Of a stretch of DNA of 64,000 nt, positions 1 to 8,719 are shown in pieces. Each line of letters starts with the position of its first letter. Positions within the stretch are counted from its first letter, which is position 1. The position numbers and the translations under genes are program-made. Location: NCBI GenBank assembly GCA_029068165.1, contig JAIEDA010000018.1:74065-138064 (forward strand), given 5' to 3'. The stretch is from Clostridia bacterium. GTDB lineage: Bacteria; Bacillota; Clostridia; Christensenellales; UBA3700. The notes below the pieces were generated by a model. It searched no databases. It was given only the letters and a program-made list of their open reading frames with translations, and had not been told where the DNA came from.

Positions 1-384
1 AATAGCCTCGTCGAAGTTTTTCATATTTGTTGGGGTGTGTCTTAGGCAAAGCTCGCGCAAGGCTGCAATTTTCTCGTTGTCGTCCGTCACGCGTACGGCT
101 TTGCCAAATACTATTGCCGATTCGTATTTTGTGCTGAATTCGTCCTCTAAACGGAGCGTATTTCCTACGCAGGAAACGCACACGTCGTCGCAACTATTCA
201 AACAGTCTATTTTTTGACCGTCTTTGGCGCAGTGGAAGTAGATGAATCCGCCGATACGCGCTATCGTCACGGGAACGCAGTAGGGAGTTTTGTCTGGCGT
301 AACCATAGCGATTGTTGCCCATTCGCATTTATCTACCACTTCCATAGCAAATTCGCTAGTCATTTCTCTATCTTTTCTTCTCAT
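1..384 (-). CDS. pyridoxamine 5'-phosphate oxidase-family FMN-binding protein (Nim-like), C-terminal end outside window
   Basis: Manual minus-strand translation from ATG at 384 (AGGAG about 9 nt upstream) gives MRRKDREMTSEFAMEVVDKCEWATIAMVTPDKTPYCVPVTIARIGGFIYFHCAKDGQKIDCL.... The frame stays open to the window edge, so it is absent from the ORF track. The MRRKDRE N-terminus and YFHCAKDG-K motif are typical of this family. Confidence 0.65.
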   Translation of the reverse strand, partial: MRRKDREMTSEFAMEVVDKCEWATIAMVTPDKTPYCVPVTIARIGGFIYFHCAKDGQKIDCLNSCDDVCVSCVGNTLRLEDEFSTKYESAIVFGKAVRVTDDNEKIAALRELCLRHTPTNMKNFDEAI

Positions 385-464
385 ACTATTATACTCCTGC
401 GTTTGTGTTTTTTATTATGATTATTTAAGCCGTCCGATTTCGCTGCCGCGTTTTAGATTGCTGA

Positions 465-1988
465 TTATAAATTTTTTTGAGCTGTCTTTACCCACCTTTT
501 TGAGAAGTAGAATATCACGATCACCGTCGCGCCTACGACCCAACCTATAGGCCAACTCCACCATATCGATTCATATCCGAGCTTCAAAGCCTTGACGAAT
601 AAATAGCTCAAGCCTACCCGCACGATTAAGTCGGTCATCGTGCTGGTCGTGAAGCCAGCCATATCGCCCGCGCCGCGTACGAAGCCGTCAAAGATGATTT
701 TGATACAGACGACTACGTAGAAAGGCGAGAGAATATAGAGGAACTTTGCGCCTATAGAGATGATTTCCTGATTGTTTCCGCTTATGAAAAGCGAAACGAG
801 CTGTTTTGCGAGAAGTAGGTACAGCGCGGTGCAAACCGCGGCGAGGACGAGCATAGAAACTACGCCGCCTTTTAGACCTTGTTTTGCTCTATCTAGCTTA
901 TGCGCGCCGATATTTTGCGAGGTAAACGTCGCCATTGCATTGGAAATCGTAAGGAATACGGAAATTATGATATAGTTTATCTTAAACGCCGAACCGTACG
1001 CGGCTACGAGGTTGGCGTTGCCGAATGAGTTGACCAAGCTTTGCACGAAGAGCTGTCCTATCGAAACTGTTGAGTTTTGAAGGATACTAGGAAGCGATAA
1101 TGCCATTATGCTGATCCAAGTAGGCAGCGAAAAACAAGCGTTGTCCAACGAACGCGGCAGCGGTTTTTTCGTGATTATAGGTTGCGGAATTGGATTTTCA
1201 GCCGGCGTATTTTCTTGCTCGTTATTTGTCGATTCCATTGACGTTTTTGCATATACTTTTTCGCTTTGGCTCATATCCGCGTACTCGGTAGATTCGTCGG
1301 TCTTAGGCAGTTTGTTGACGTTTGCTAAAAGTATTATCAGCGAGATTACGCTTGCTATACCTTGCGCCACGAACGTACCCCAAGCCAATCCCTTTACGCC
1401 GAGGTCAAAATATTTGACGAAAACTACGTCTATTACCACGTTGAACAGCGTGGAGAAGATTAGCAAAAAGAGCGGAGTTTTGGAATTGCCGAGCGCTTGG
1501 AATATCGCGCTTACAACGTTGTAGATAAACAAAAACGACAGTCCGTACACGTAAATATTCAAATAATCAACGCTTTGAGTAAAGACGTTTTCTCCCAAGT
1601 CCTGAGAGTTCATAAGAGTGAGAAGCGGCTTGTTGGTCAGCGCGCCGAGCAGCGTGAAAATTACTGAGAAAAAGGCGATATTTATAAGCGCGGTCCGTAC
1701 TGCGGTTTTTGCGCGAGGATAGTTTTTAGAGCCGAAAATCCTCGAGATGACCACGCCGCCGCCTACGCCGAAGCCATTGCCTATAGCGATAAATACCACT
1801 GTGACGGGATACGCTGCGTTGACCGCCGCCAAAGCTTCGCCTCCGTCGTTTATGAAATTGCCGGCGATAATGGAGTCGGCTATATTGTAAAACTGTTGAA
1901 AAAGCACGGAAATTATCATCGGTACGGCAAAAGCGTACAATACTTTCAGCGGTTTTCCCACCGACATATCTTTAGTAGCCATTTTCAT
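465..1988 (-). CDS. MATE-family multidrug/oligosaccharide efflux transporter with a roughly 70-aa hydrophilic central loop
   Basis: 507-aa ORF with two blocks of about 6 TM helices. The N-terminus (ATKDMSVGKPLKVLYAFAVPMIISVLFQQFYNIADSIIAG) is MATE-like. AGGAG RBS upstream. Confidence 0.8.
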   Translation of the reverse strand: MKMATKDMSVGKPLKVLYAFAVPMIISVLFQQFYNIADSIIAGNFINDGGEALAAVNAAYPVTVVFIAIGNGFGVGGGVVISRIFGSKNYPRAKTAVRTALINIAFFSVIFTLLGALTNKPLLTLMNSQDLGENVFTQSVDYLNIYVYGLSFLFIYNVVSAIFQALGNSKTPLFLLIFSTLFNVVIDVVFVKYFDLGVKGLAWGTFVAQGIASVISLIILLANVNKLPKTDESTEYADMSQSEKVYAKTSMESTNNEQENTPAENPIPQPIITKKPLPRSLDNACFSLPTWISIMALSLPSILQNSTVSIGQLFVQSLVNSFGNANLVAAYGSAFKINYIIISVFLTISNAMATFTSQNIGAHKLDRAKQGLKGGVVSMLVLAAVCTALYLLLAKQLVSLFISGNNQEIISIGAKFLYILSPFYVVVCIKIIFDGFVRGAGDMAGFTTSTMTDLIVRVGLSYLFVKALKLGYESIWWSWPIGWVVGATVIVIFYFSKRWVKTAQKNL

Positions 1989-2174
1989 TGCTCCTTTCTT
2001 TCGTTTCGCTCGACGACGGGCAGTAATTTTTTATCAATAATGTTTTACTACCGTATAAAAATATTTGCAAGCGTATGTATAAAAAAAGTTAAATTTTTAT
2101 TTAAATGTGTATTGTAAGTTATAAAATAATATGATATAATTTTGATAAGTATGAAATAAGGAGAGAATGAGTAA

Positions 2175-4259
2175 ATGGACAAGAAGATTCCAGTTTATTT
2201 ATTCCACGAGGGAACAAATTACGAGGCGTATAAATTTATGTCGCCGCAAGAATGCGTTAAGGACGGCAAAGCAGGATGGCTTTTTAGAGTATGGGCGCCC
2301 AACGCAAAGTCGGTCAGCATAGTCGGCGATTTCAACGATTGGGATAGAGATTGCCATAAAATGAACAAAATAAGCGACGGCATTTGGGAAGGGTTCGTCG
2401 AGGGGTTAAAGACCTACGATATTTACAAATTCAGCGTAGAAACTCCGCAGGGCAAGTTGAGGCTCAAAGCCGACCCGTACGCTAGACATAGCGAAACTTC
2501 GCCCGCCAACGCTTCAAAGTTATATAAATCGCAATTCAAATGGAGCGATAAGAGTTGGCTAAACGAGAGAGAAAAGTTTGACGCGTTCCATTCTCCTATG
2601 AATATATACGAGCTTCACTTAGGCAGTTGGAAGAGATACGCCGACGGCAATATTCTCAACTATAGAGATTTGGCGGACGAACTCGTCGCGTACGTAAAGC
2701 AAATGGGCTATACGCATATCGAGATACTTCCCATCAGCGAATATCCGTACGAAGGCAGTTGGGGATATCAGGTCAGCGGAATGTTTGCGCCTACGTCTAG
2801 GTACGGAACGCCCGACGATTTCAAGTATCTCGTCAACAAGTGTCACAGGAACAAGATAGGCGTAATACTCGACTGGGTATGCGCGCATTTCCCCAAAGAC
2901 GCGTTTGGACTCTACGAGTTTGACGGAGCGGCGTGTTACGAATATTCCGACCCGCTCAAGCAAGAGCACAAGGAATGGGGTACGAGAGTGTTCGACTACG
3001 GCAGGAACGAGGTCCAGTCTTTCCTTATCTCCTCGGCTGATTTTTGGGTAAGCGAATACCACGTCGACGGACTGCGAGTGGACGCGGTCGCTTCGATGCT
3101 GTATCTCGACTACAACCGCCGCGGCGGAGAATGGCGTCCCAACGTTTTTGGCGGCAACTACAATTTGGAAGCAATAGATTTCCTCAAAAAGCTCAACTCG
3201 CATATGCTTGGCAAGTATAAGGGCTTGCTTATGATTGCCGAAGAATCTACGGCTTTCCCCAACGTGACTAAACCCGCTTACGACAACGGTTTGGGTTTCA
3301 ATTTCAAATGGAATATGGGTTGGATGAACGATATGCTCAGCTACGTGTCGTTAGACCCGTTTTTTAGAAAGGACAACCATAACAAAATCACTTTTTCGAT
3401 AACTTACGCTTACAGCGAAAACTATATACTTCCGCTCTCGCACGACGAAGTAGTGCACGGCAAGCGTTCGCTTTTGGATAGAATGCCGGGGGCGTATTTG
3501 GATAAGTTCAACGCGCTGAAAGCTTTCTTCGGCTTCACTATGGCGCATCCTGGCAAGAAATTGCTGTTTATGGGAGGAGAGTTTGGACAGTTTATAGAGT
3601 GGGATTACAAAAAGCAGTTGGATTGGTTTTTGCTCGACTACGAAACTCACAACAGTTTGCATAAATTCGTAAAAGACCTCAACGCTTATTATCTCGCCAA
3701 CAAAGAGATGTACTATCTAGACACGACTTACGACGGCTTTAAATGGATATGCGTGGACGATAATACTCAAAATATCGTATCGTTTATGAGAAGCGACGGC
3801 GAGGGCAACTATACTATCGCAGTCGTAAACTTCTCGCCGGTAAAACGCGAGGGTTACTGTATGGGCGTGCCTGAAAAGAGGTCGTATAGAGTCGCGCTCA
3901 ATAGCGACGACAAAAAATACGGCGGAGAGAGCGGCAAGATGAGCTTTTCGGCGAAAAAAGGCGAAATGCACGGCTATCCCTACCATATCGAAATGGTCAT
4001 TCCGCCAAACAGCGTGATGTATATCGCTCCCGCTAGAAAAGTCAAGAAAGAAGCGACGGAAACGGCAAAGGAAAATGCAGATAAAGAAGTTAAGCTGCAA
4101 GACGCTTCAAAAAGCGTAAGCAAAGCTGAGAAGGGAAAGGCAAGGGCAAGTAAGTCGGATAAGACGGTTAAAGACGGCAAGCCGAGTAAGGAAAGCAAGG
4201 CAAGTAAGACCGAAAAGACTGCAAAGCCTAGCAAGAAGCCGGCAAGCGAGGGGAAATAG
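2175..4259 (+). CDS. glgB: 1,4-alpha-glucan branching enzyme with a Lys-rich C-terminal tail
   Basis: 694 aa. GH13 branching-enzyme blocks are present (GYTHIEILPISEYP, DWVCAHFPKD, GLRVDAVASMLY, IAEESTAFP, LPLSHDEVVHGK). RBS AAGGAGAG. Confidence 0.95.
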   Translation: MDKKIPVYLFHEGTNYEAYKFMSPQECVKDGKAGWLFRVWAPNAKSVSIVGDFNDWDRDCHKMNKISDGIWEGFVEGLKTYDIYKFSVETPQGKLRLKADPYARHSETSPANASKLYKSQFKWSDKSWLNEREKFDAFHSPMNIYELHLGSWKRYADGNILNYRDLADELVAYVKQMGYTHIEILPISEYPYEGSWGYQVSGMFAPTSRYGTPDDFKYLVNKCHRNKIGVILDWVCAHFPKDAFGLYEFDGAACYEYSDPLKQEHKEWGTRVFDYGRNEVQSFLISSADFWVSEYHVDGLRVDAVASMLYLDYNRRGGEWRPNVFGGNYNLEAIDFLKKLNSHMLGKYKGLLMIAEESTAFPNVTKPAYDNGLGFNFKWNMGWMNDMLSYVSLDPFFRKDNHNKITFSITYAYSENYILPLSHDEVVHGKRSLLDRMPGAYLDKFNALKAFFGFTMAHPGKKLLFMGGEFGQFIEWDYKKQLDWFLLDYETHNSLHKFVKDLNAYYLANKEMYYLDTTYDGFKWICVDDNTQNIVSFMRSDGEGNYTIAVVNFSPVKREGYCMGVPEKRSYRVALNSDDKKYGGESGKMSFSAKKGEMHGYPYHIEMVIPPNSVMYIAPARKVKKEATETAKENADKEVKLQDASKSVSKAEKGKARASKSDKTVKDGKPSKESKASKTEKTAKPSKKPASEGK

Positions 4260-4359
4260 CTCGTTCGACTACAAACATAAAAATGCAATAGATTTAATAT
4301 AAATATGATAAGAAAGACGATTTTATCCGAGAGATAAAAAGGAAGTTTTAGGAGGGAAA

Positions 4360-5553
4360 ATGTACACAAACAAAAAAGAATGCGTAGCAATGTTGCTCGC
4401 AGGCGGACAGGGAACGAGGCTGTATTCGCTGACGAGAGATTTGGCGAAGCCGGCGGTTTCGTTTGGCGGGAAATACAGGATTATAGACTTTCCGCTATCC
4501 AACTGTATCAATTCCAATATTGATACGATAGGCGTACTCACGCAGTATAAGCCTTTCGACCTCAACCAGTATATAGGAAACGGACAACCTTGGGATCTAG
4601 ATAGATTGAACGGCGGAGTATTCGTATTGCCGCCGTATATGAAAGGCGAAACGTCCGATTGGTACAAAGGCACCGCGAACGCTATCTATCAAAACATAGA
4701 ATTTGTGGACAAGTTTTCGCCTGAATACGTATTGGTGCTCTCGGGCGACCACATTTACAAGATGGACTATTCGCAAATGCTTGCTTACCACAAGGAAAAG
4801 AAAGCCGACTGCACTATAGCCGTCATAAACGTATCTATCGAAGAGGCGTCGAGGTTTGGAATTATGAACACGAACGACGACAACTCGGTTTACGAATTTG
4901 AAGAGAAGCCGAAGAAGCCTAAGAGTACCAACGCTTCGATGGGAATATACATATTCAACTGGTCGAAGCTGAGAAAGTATCTCATTGACGACGAGAACGA
5001 CAAAAATTCTTCCAACGATTTCGGAAAGAACATAATTCCCAATATGCTAAAGGACGGGCAAAAGCTCTTCGCGTACAATTTTTCAGGGTACTGGAAAGAC
5101 GTGGGCACGATTTCCTCGCTTTGGGAGGCTAATATGGACGTGCTCAGCGAGGACAGCGGCATCAACTTGGACGACAGCGCTTGGAAGATATACGCTAGAA
5201 ACACCGCCGAGCCGCCGCACTGCGCAGGCAAGGACGCGGTCATAAAAAATTCGCTTATTACCGAGGGCTGCGTAATCAAAGGAAAAGTCATCAACAGCGT
5301 GATTTCCACGGGCGTTGAGATTTGCGAAGGCGCGGTAGTCGAGGATTGCAATATTATGCCGGGCGCGAAGATATGCAAAGGCGCGTCGGTCAAGTACGCT
5401 ATAGTGGGCAACGAAGCCGTCGTCGGCGAGAACGCTAAAGTCGGCGATACGCAGGAAGGTATGGTCGACGGACAGTGGCAAATCACCGTCGTAGGTCCGC
5501 GCGCAAAAGTCGCGGCAGGCGCCGTAGTGCCGGTAAAGGCAATGGTAGATTAA
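4360..5553 (+). CDS. glgC: glucose-1-phosphate adenylyltransferase, catalytic subunit
   Basis: 397 aa. N-terminal [37 protein letters not shown] and a C-terminal left-handed beta-helix region. Confidence 0.95.
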   Translation: MYTNKKECVAMLLAGGQGTRLYSLTRDLAKPAVSFGGKYRIIDFPLSNCINSNIDTIGVLTQYKPFDLNQYIGNGQPWDLDRLNGGVFVLPPYMKGETSDWYKGTANAIYQNIEFVDKFSPEYVLVLSGDHIYKMDYSQMLAYHKEKKADCTIAVINVSIEEASRFGIMNTNDDNSVYEFEEKPKKPKSTNASMGIYIFNWSKLRKYLIDDENDKNSSNDFGKNIIPNMLKDGQKLFAYNFSGYWKDVGTISSLWEANMDVLSEDSGINLDDSAWKIYARNTAEPPHCAGKDAVIKNSLITEGCVIKGKVINSVISTGVEICEGAVVEDCNIMPGAKICKGASVKYAIVGNEAVVGENAKVGDTQEGMVDGQWQITVVGPRAKVAAGAVVPVKAMVD

Positions 5554-5568
5554 GGAGGGGGAAGAGAA

Positions 5569-6681
5569 ATGAACAACGCTATGAGTATAATTTTCGCAAG
5601 CGACAACGAGTCCAAGCTCAACGAGCTTACTTTGCACCGTACCACGGCTTCGCTTCCGTTCGGCGGCAGGTATAGATGTATAGACTTTGCGCTCTCCAAC
5701 CTCGTCAATTCCTCCGTTACTACGATAGGCATAATCACGAGAAACAACTACTCTTCGCTTATGGACCATATCCGAATGGGTAGAGATTGGGACCTCAATA
5801 GAAAAAACAGCGGTATAGCCGTTTTCCCGCCTTACGCGTCGAATACGTCGACCAACGTATTTAAGGGTAAGATAGAGGCGCTCTACGGAATACTCGACTA
5901 TATCGAAAATTCCGACGACGAGTACGTAATAATCACCAACAGCAATATAATCGCAAGCATAGACTTTGACGACGTATACGAAGCTCACGTAGCAAGCGGC
6001 GCGGACGTTACGATGCTCACTTACACCGCTAAGCCGACTACAAGCAAAAGAGTGCTTGTCGAAAAGACCGCTTCGGGAAGAATAAACGGTATGAAGATCA
6101 CTCAAACCGCCGACGACAACGCCGTGGAGATAGGCTTGTTTTGTTATCTCTTCAAGAGGACGCAGCTCATCAAGCTCATATCCGATTCTTACGAGAGAGG
6201 CAAGATAGATTTGGAGAAAGATATACTTCAAGCCAATTTGGACAAACTCAAGATATACGCTTATAAGGTAAAGGGACACGCCGCGCTTGTCGACGATATC
6301 AAGTCGTACTATAGAGAGAGTATGGCGATACTCGATACGGACATTAGAAACAGCTTGTTCTACAGCGCGGGCAAAGTGTTCACCAAAGTAAAAGACAGCG
6401 TACCGACTAGGTACTGCGAGGGCGCGAGCGTAGTCAATTCTCTCATCGCCGACGGCTGTAAAATAAACGGCAAAGTCGAAAATTCCATACTTTTCCGTGG
6501 AGTAATAGTCGAAGAGGGAGCGGTCATTCGCAACAGTATCGTTATGGAAGGCGGAAGGATTATGCAAGGCTCCAAACTCAATTACGCGATTACCGACAAG
6601 GACGTCAGAGTAACTCAAGACAAGTCGTTGAGCGGCTCGGATAACTATCCCGTGGTCGTAGTAAAGAACAAAATCGTTTGA
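5569..6681 (+). CDS. glgD: glucose-1-phosphate adenylyltransferase, GlgD subunit (regulatory, Firmicutes type)
   Basis: 370 aa paralog of GlgC (LHRTTASLPFGGRYRCIDFALSNL) lacking the GGxGxRL motif. Positioned directly after glgC, as in Bacillus and Clostridium glg operons. Confidence 0.9.
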   Translation: MNNAMSIIFASDNESKLNELTLHRTTASLPFGGRYRCIDFALSNLVNSSVTTIGIITRNNYSSLMDHIRMGRDWDLNRKNSGIAVFPPYASNTSTNVFKGKIEALYGILDYIENSDDEYVIITNSNIIASIDFDDVYEAHVASGADVTMLTYTAKPTTSKRVLVEKTASGRINGMKITQTADDNAVEIGLFCYLFKRTQLIKLISDSYERGKIDLEKDILQANLDKLKIYAYKVKGHAALVDDIKSYYRESMAILDTDIRNSLFYSAGKVFTKVKDSVPTRYCEGASVVNSLIADGCKINGKVENSILFRGVIVEEGAVIRNSIVMEGGRIMQGSKLNYAITDKDVRVTQDKSLSGSDNYPVVVVKNKIV

Positions 6682-6873
6682 TAAGTAAAGTATATAGAAT
6701 CAAAAATATAAAGGTTAGGAACAAGAAGAAACAACCTAGACAACTAAAAGCAAGTCCGATTGTAGGCTTAAGCGTAAAAGCGGAGCGATAGATATCGGAC
6801 GGGAAATCAAATCAAGTCGCTTGCAGTATATATGACGACGAGCGAACGAGTAAAATTTAGGAGGTAGCGAACG

Positions 6874-8514
6874 ATGCCGACGCAAAACAAACCAAAGAAA
6901 ACCGCCGAAACTAATGAAAAGGCGGTAAATAAGCAGGAAAAACCTACCCAAGCAACTGAAGAGAAAAAGACCGCTAAGACTGCGGTCAAAGCTGCGGCAA
7001 AGCCTAAGACTGCAACCGTCAAAGCTGCAAAACCCGCGGCTAAGGCAAGCGGCGAGAATAAAAAGCAAAATCTCAAGGTAGACTTTGATAAAAAGATACT
7101 TTTCGTATCGTCGGAAGCGGTGCCTTTTATCAAGACGGGCGGACTTGCCGACGTAGCGGGCGCGCTGCCCAAAGCGTTGGTAGAACGCGGCGTAGATTGC
7201 AGGGTAATACTTCCGCTCTATATGGATATTAAACCCGAACTTCGCGAGAGTATGCAATACGTAGGCAACCTATACGTTCATCTTTCTTGGAGAAGCCAAT
7301 ATTGCGGACTTTTCAAGAGCGTATACGAGGGAGTGACGTATTACTTTATCGACAACGAGTACTACTTCAGGAGAAGCGGACTGTACGGATATTACGACGA
7401 CGGCGAGAGATTTGCGTTCTTCTCCAAAGCGGTATTAGAGTGTATCCGTCTTATGGACGGCTTCGTTCCCGATATAATCCAATCAAACGACTGGCAAAGC
7501 GCGTTGATACCGGTATTTTTGGACGTATTCTTCAGGGACGACGAATTGTATAAGAATATAAAGACGGTTTATACCATTCACAATATAGAGTTCCAAGGCA
7601 GGTACAGCGGCTTTATGTCGGGCGACGTACTGGGACTTCCCGATTGGGCGAGGGAAATCGTCGACTACTCGGGCGACGTCAACTATATGAAAGGCGGTAT
7701 TGAGAGGGCGAACAAGGTCACGACTGTTTCGCAAACCTACGCAAAGGAGATTCTCAACCCCTATTTCGGTTACGGAATGAACGATATTCTCGTCAATAGG
7801 CAATTTAAGCTGTCGGGCATTATCAATGGCATAGACGTAAAAGCCAACGACCCCAAGACTGATAAATACGCGTACGTCAACTACGACTTGTCGACTTTTT
7901 CCAATAAAGTTAAGAACAAACTCAAATTCCAAGAGGCTCTCGGCTTGCCCGAAGACCCCAATATACCTATGATAGGTATGGTCGGAAGACTTACTCATCA
8001 AAAAGGTCTTGACTTGATTGCGCCTATCATCACGAAGATTTTGGATATGGGCGTACAGCTCGTAATTTTGGGCACGGGCGATTATAAGTACGAGGAAATG
8101 CTCAGGAACGTTCAAAGCAGGTATCCCAACAACTTGCGTTCACTGATAACGTTCTCGTCGGAACTTGCGAGCAAAATTTACTGCGCGAGCGATTTGTTCT
8201 TAATGCCGTCCAAGTTTGAGCCGTGCGGTCTTAGCCAAATGATAGCTATGAGATACGGCAGCTTGCCTATCGTAAGAGAAACGGGCGGACTGAAAGATAC
8301 GGTTATACCTTACGACTATACGACCGGCGAGGGCACGGGCTTTACTTTCTATTCCTACAACGCTTACGATTTGCTCTACGCTATCGAGAGAGCGGTGGGA
8401 CTGTATCGCGACTTCAAGACCGACTTCGCTAAAGTCGTCAAAAACGCTATGACGCAAGACTTCAGTTGGGAAAATATATCTTTGAGATATATCGATTTGT
8501 ATAAAGAGTTGTAA
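6874..8514 (+). CDS. glgA: glycogen synthase (GT5) with a 72-aa Lys/Ala-rich N-terminal extension
   Basis: 546 aa. The canonical start motif KILFVSSEAVPFIKTGGLADV begins only at residue 73. Strong AGGAGG RBS in front of ATG 6874, and no alternative start codon lies near the conserved core. Confidence 0.93.
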   Translation: MPTQNKPKKTAETNEKAVNKQEKPTQATEEKKTAKTAVKAAAKPKTATVKAAKPAAKASGENKKQNLKVDFDKKILFVSSEAVPFIKTGGLADVAGALPKALVERGVDCRVILPLYMDIKPELRESMQYVGNLYVHLSWRSQYCGLFKSVYEGVTYYFIDNEYYFRRSGLYGYYDDGERFAFFSKAVLECIRLMDGFVPDIIQSNDWQSALIPVFLDVFFRDDELYKNIKTVYTIHNIEFQGRYSGFMSGDVLGLPDWAREIVDYSGDVNYMKGGIERANKVTTVSQTYAKEILNPYFGYGMNDILVNRQFKLSGIINGIDVKANDPKTDKYAYVNYDLSTFSNKVKNKLKFQEALGLPEDPNIPMIGMVGRLTHQKGLDLIAPIITKILDMGVQLVILGTGDYKYEEMLRNVQSRYPNNLRSLITFSSELASKIYCASDLFLMPSKFEPCGLSQMIAMRYGSLPIVRETGGLKDTVIPYDYTTGEGTGFTFYSYNAYDLLYAIERAVGLYRDFKTDFAKVVKNAMTQDFSWENISLRYIDLYKEL

Positions 8515-8632
8515 ATGTTATACAAAAAGGCTTGAAAATTTATAAAATATTACTTTATTATAAAAAAACGGCGATTAAGCGTGTAATTTGTAGCAAAAAA
8601 TAAATGTTTATGCTATAATTTCAATGTGAAGA

Positions 8633-8665
8633 TTTTCCCTTTCCGAGTATTTCGGAGAGGGAAAA
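8633..8665 (+). repeat. short hairpin related to the arms of the 33107-33269 palindromic element, in the glgA-glgP spacer
   Basis: TTTTCCCTTTCCGA, loop GTAT, TTCGGAGAGGGAAAA. The arm TTCGGAGAGGGAAA resembles TTCGGCGGAGAGGGAAA at 33109-33125. It lies about 15 nt downstream of a TGC-TATAAT extended -10 (8611-8619). Confidence 0.5.
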
Positions 8666-8719
8666 ATAGCGTAAGTTTATAAATAGGCATATTATTTTGG
8701 AGATTAATATAGATAAATT

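Noticed and set aside
35-550. Plus-strand ORFs 35-217, 214-420 and 290-550 at the window start.
   Set aside because: They are antisense to, or overlap, the minus-strand PNPOx-like CDS (1-384), which has an RBS and family-typical sequence. Their translations are low-complexity.
5083-6618. Long antisense ORFs opposite well-supported genes. Examples: 5083-6618 (511 aa) opposite glgC/glgD, 10397-11668 opposite glgP, 12050-12958, 25337-26401, 40693-41583, 41759-42646, 51200-51955 and 53584-54369.
   Set aside because: Each lies entirely antisense to a gene with clear family motifs. Their translations are Arg/Val/Ser-rich with no recognisable motifs or RBS. This is typical shadow-frame behaviour caused by sense-strand codon bias.
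3980-7172. Minus-strand ORFs 3980-4390 and 6807-7172, with Leu/Ala/Phe/Ser-rich 'membrane-like' translations.
   Set aside because: They are reverse-complement readings of the Lys/Ala-rich tails of glgB and glgA (AAG/GCT codons read as CTT/AGC). This is an artefact of low-complexity coding sequence.
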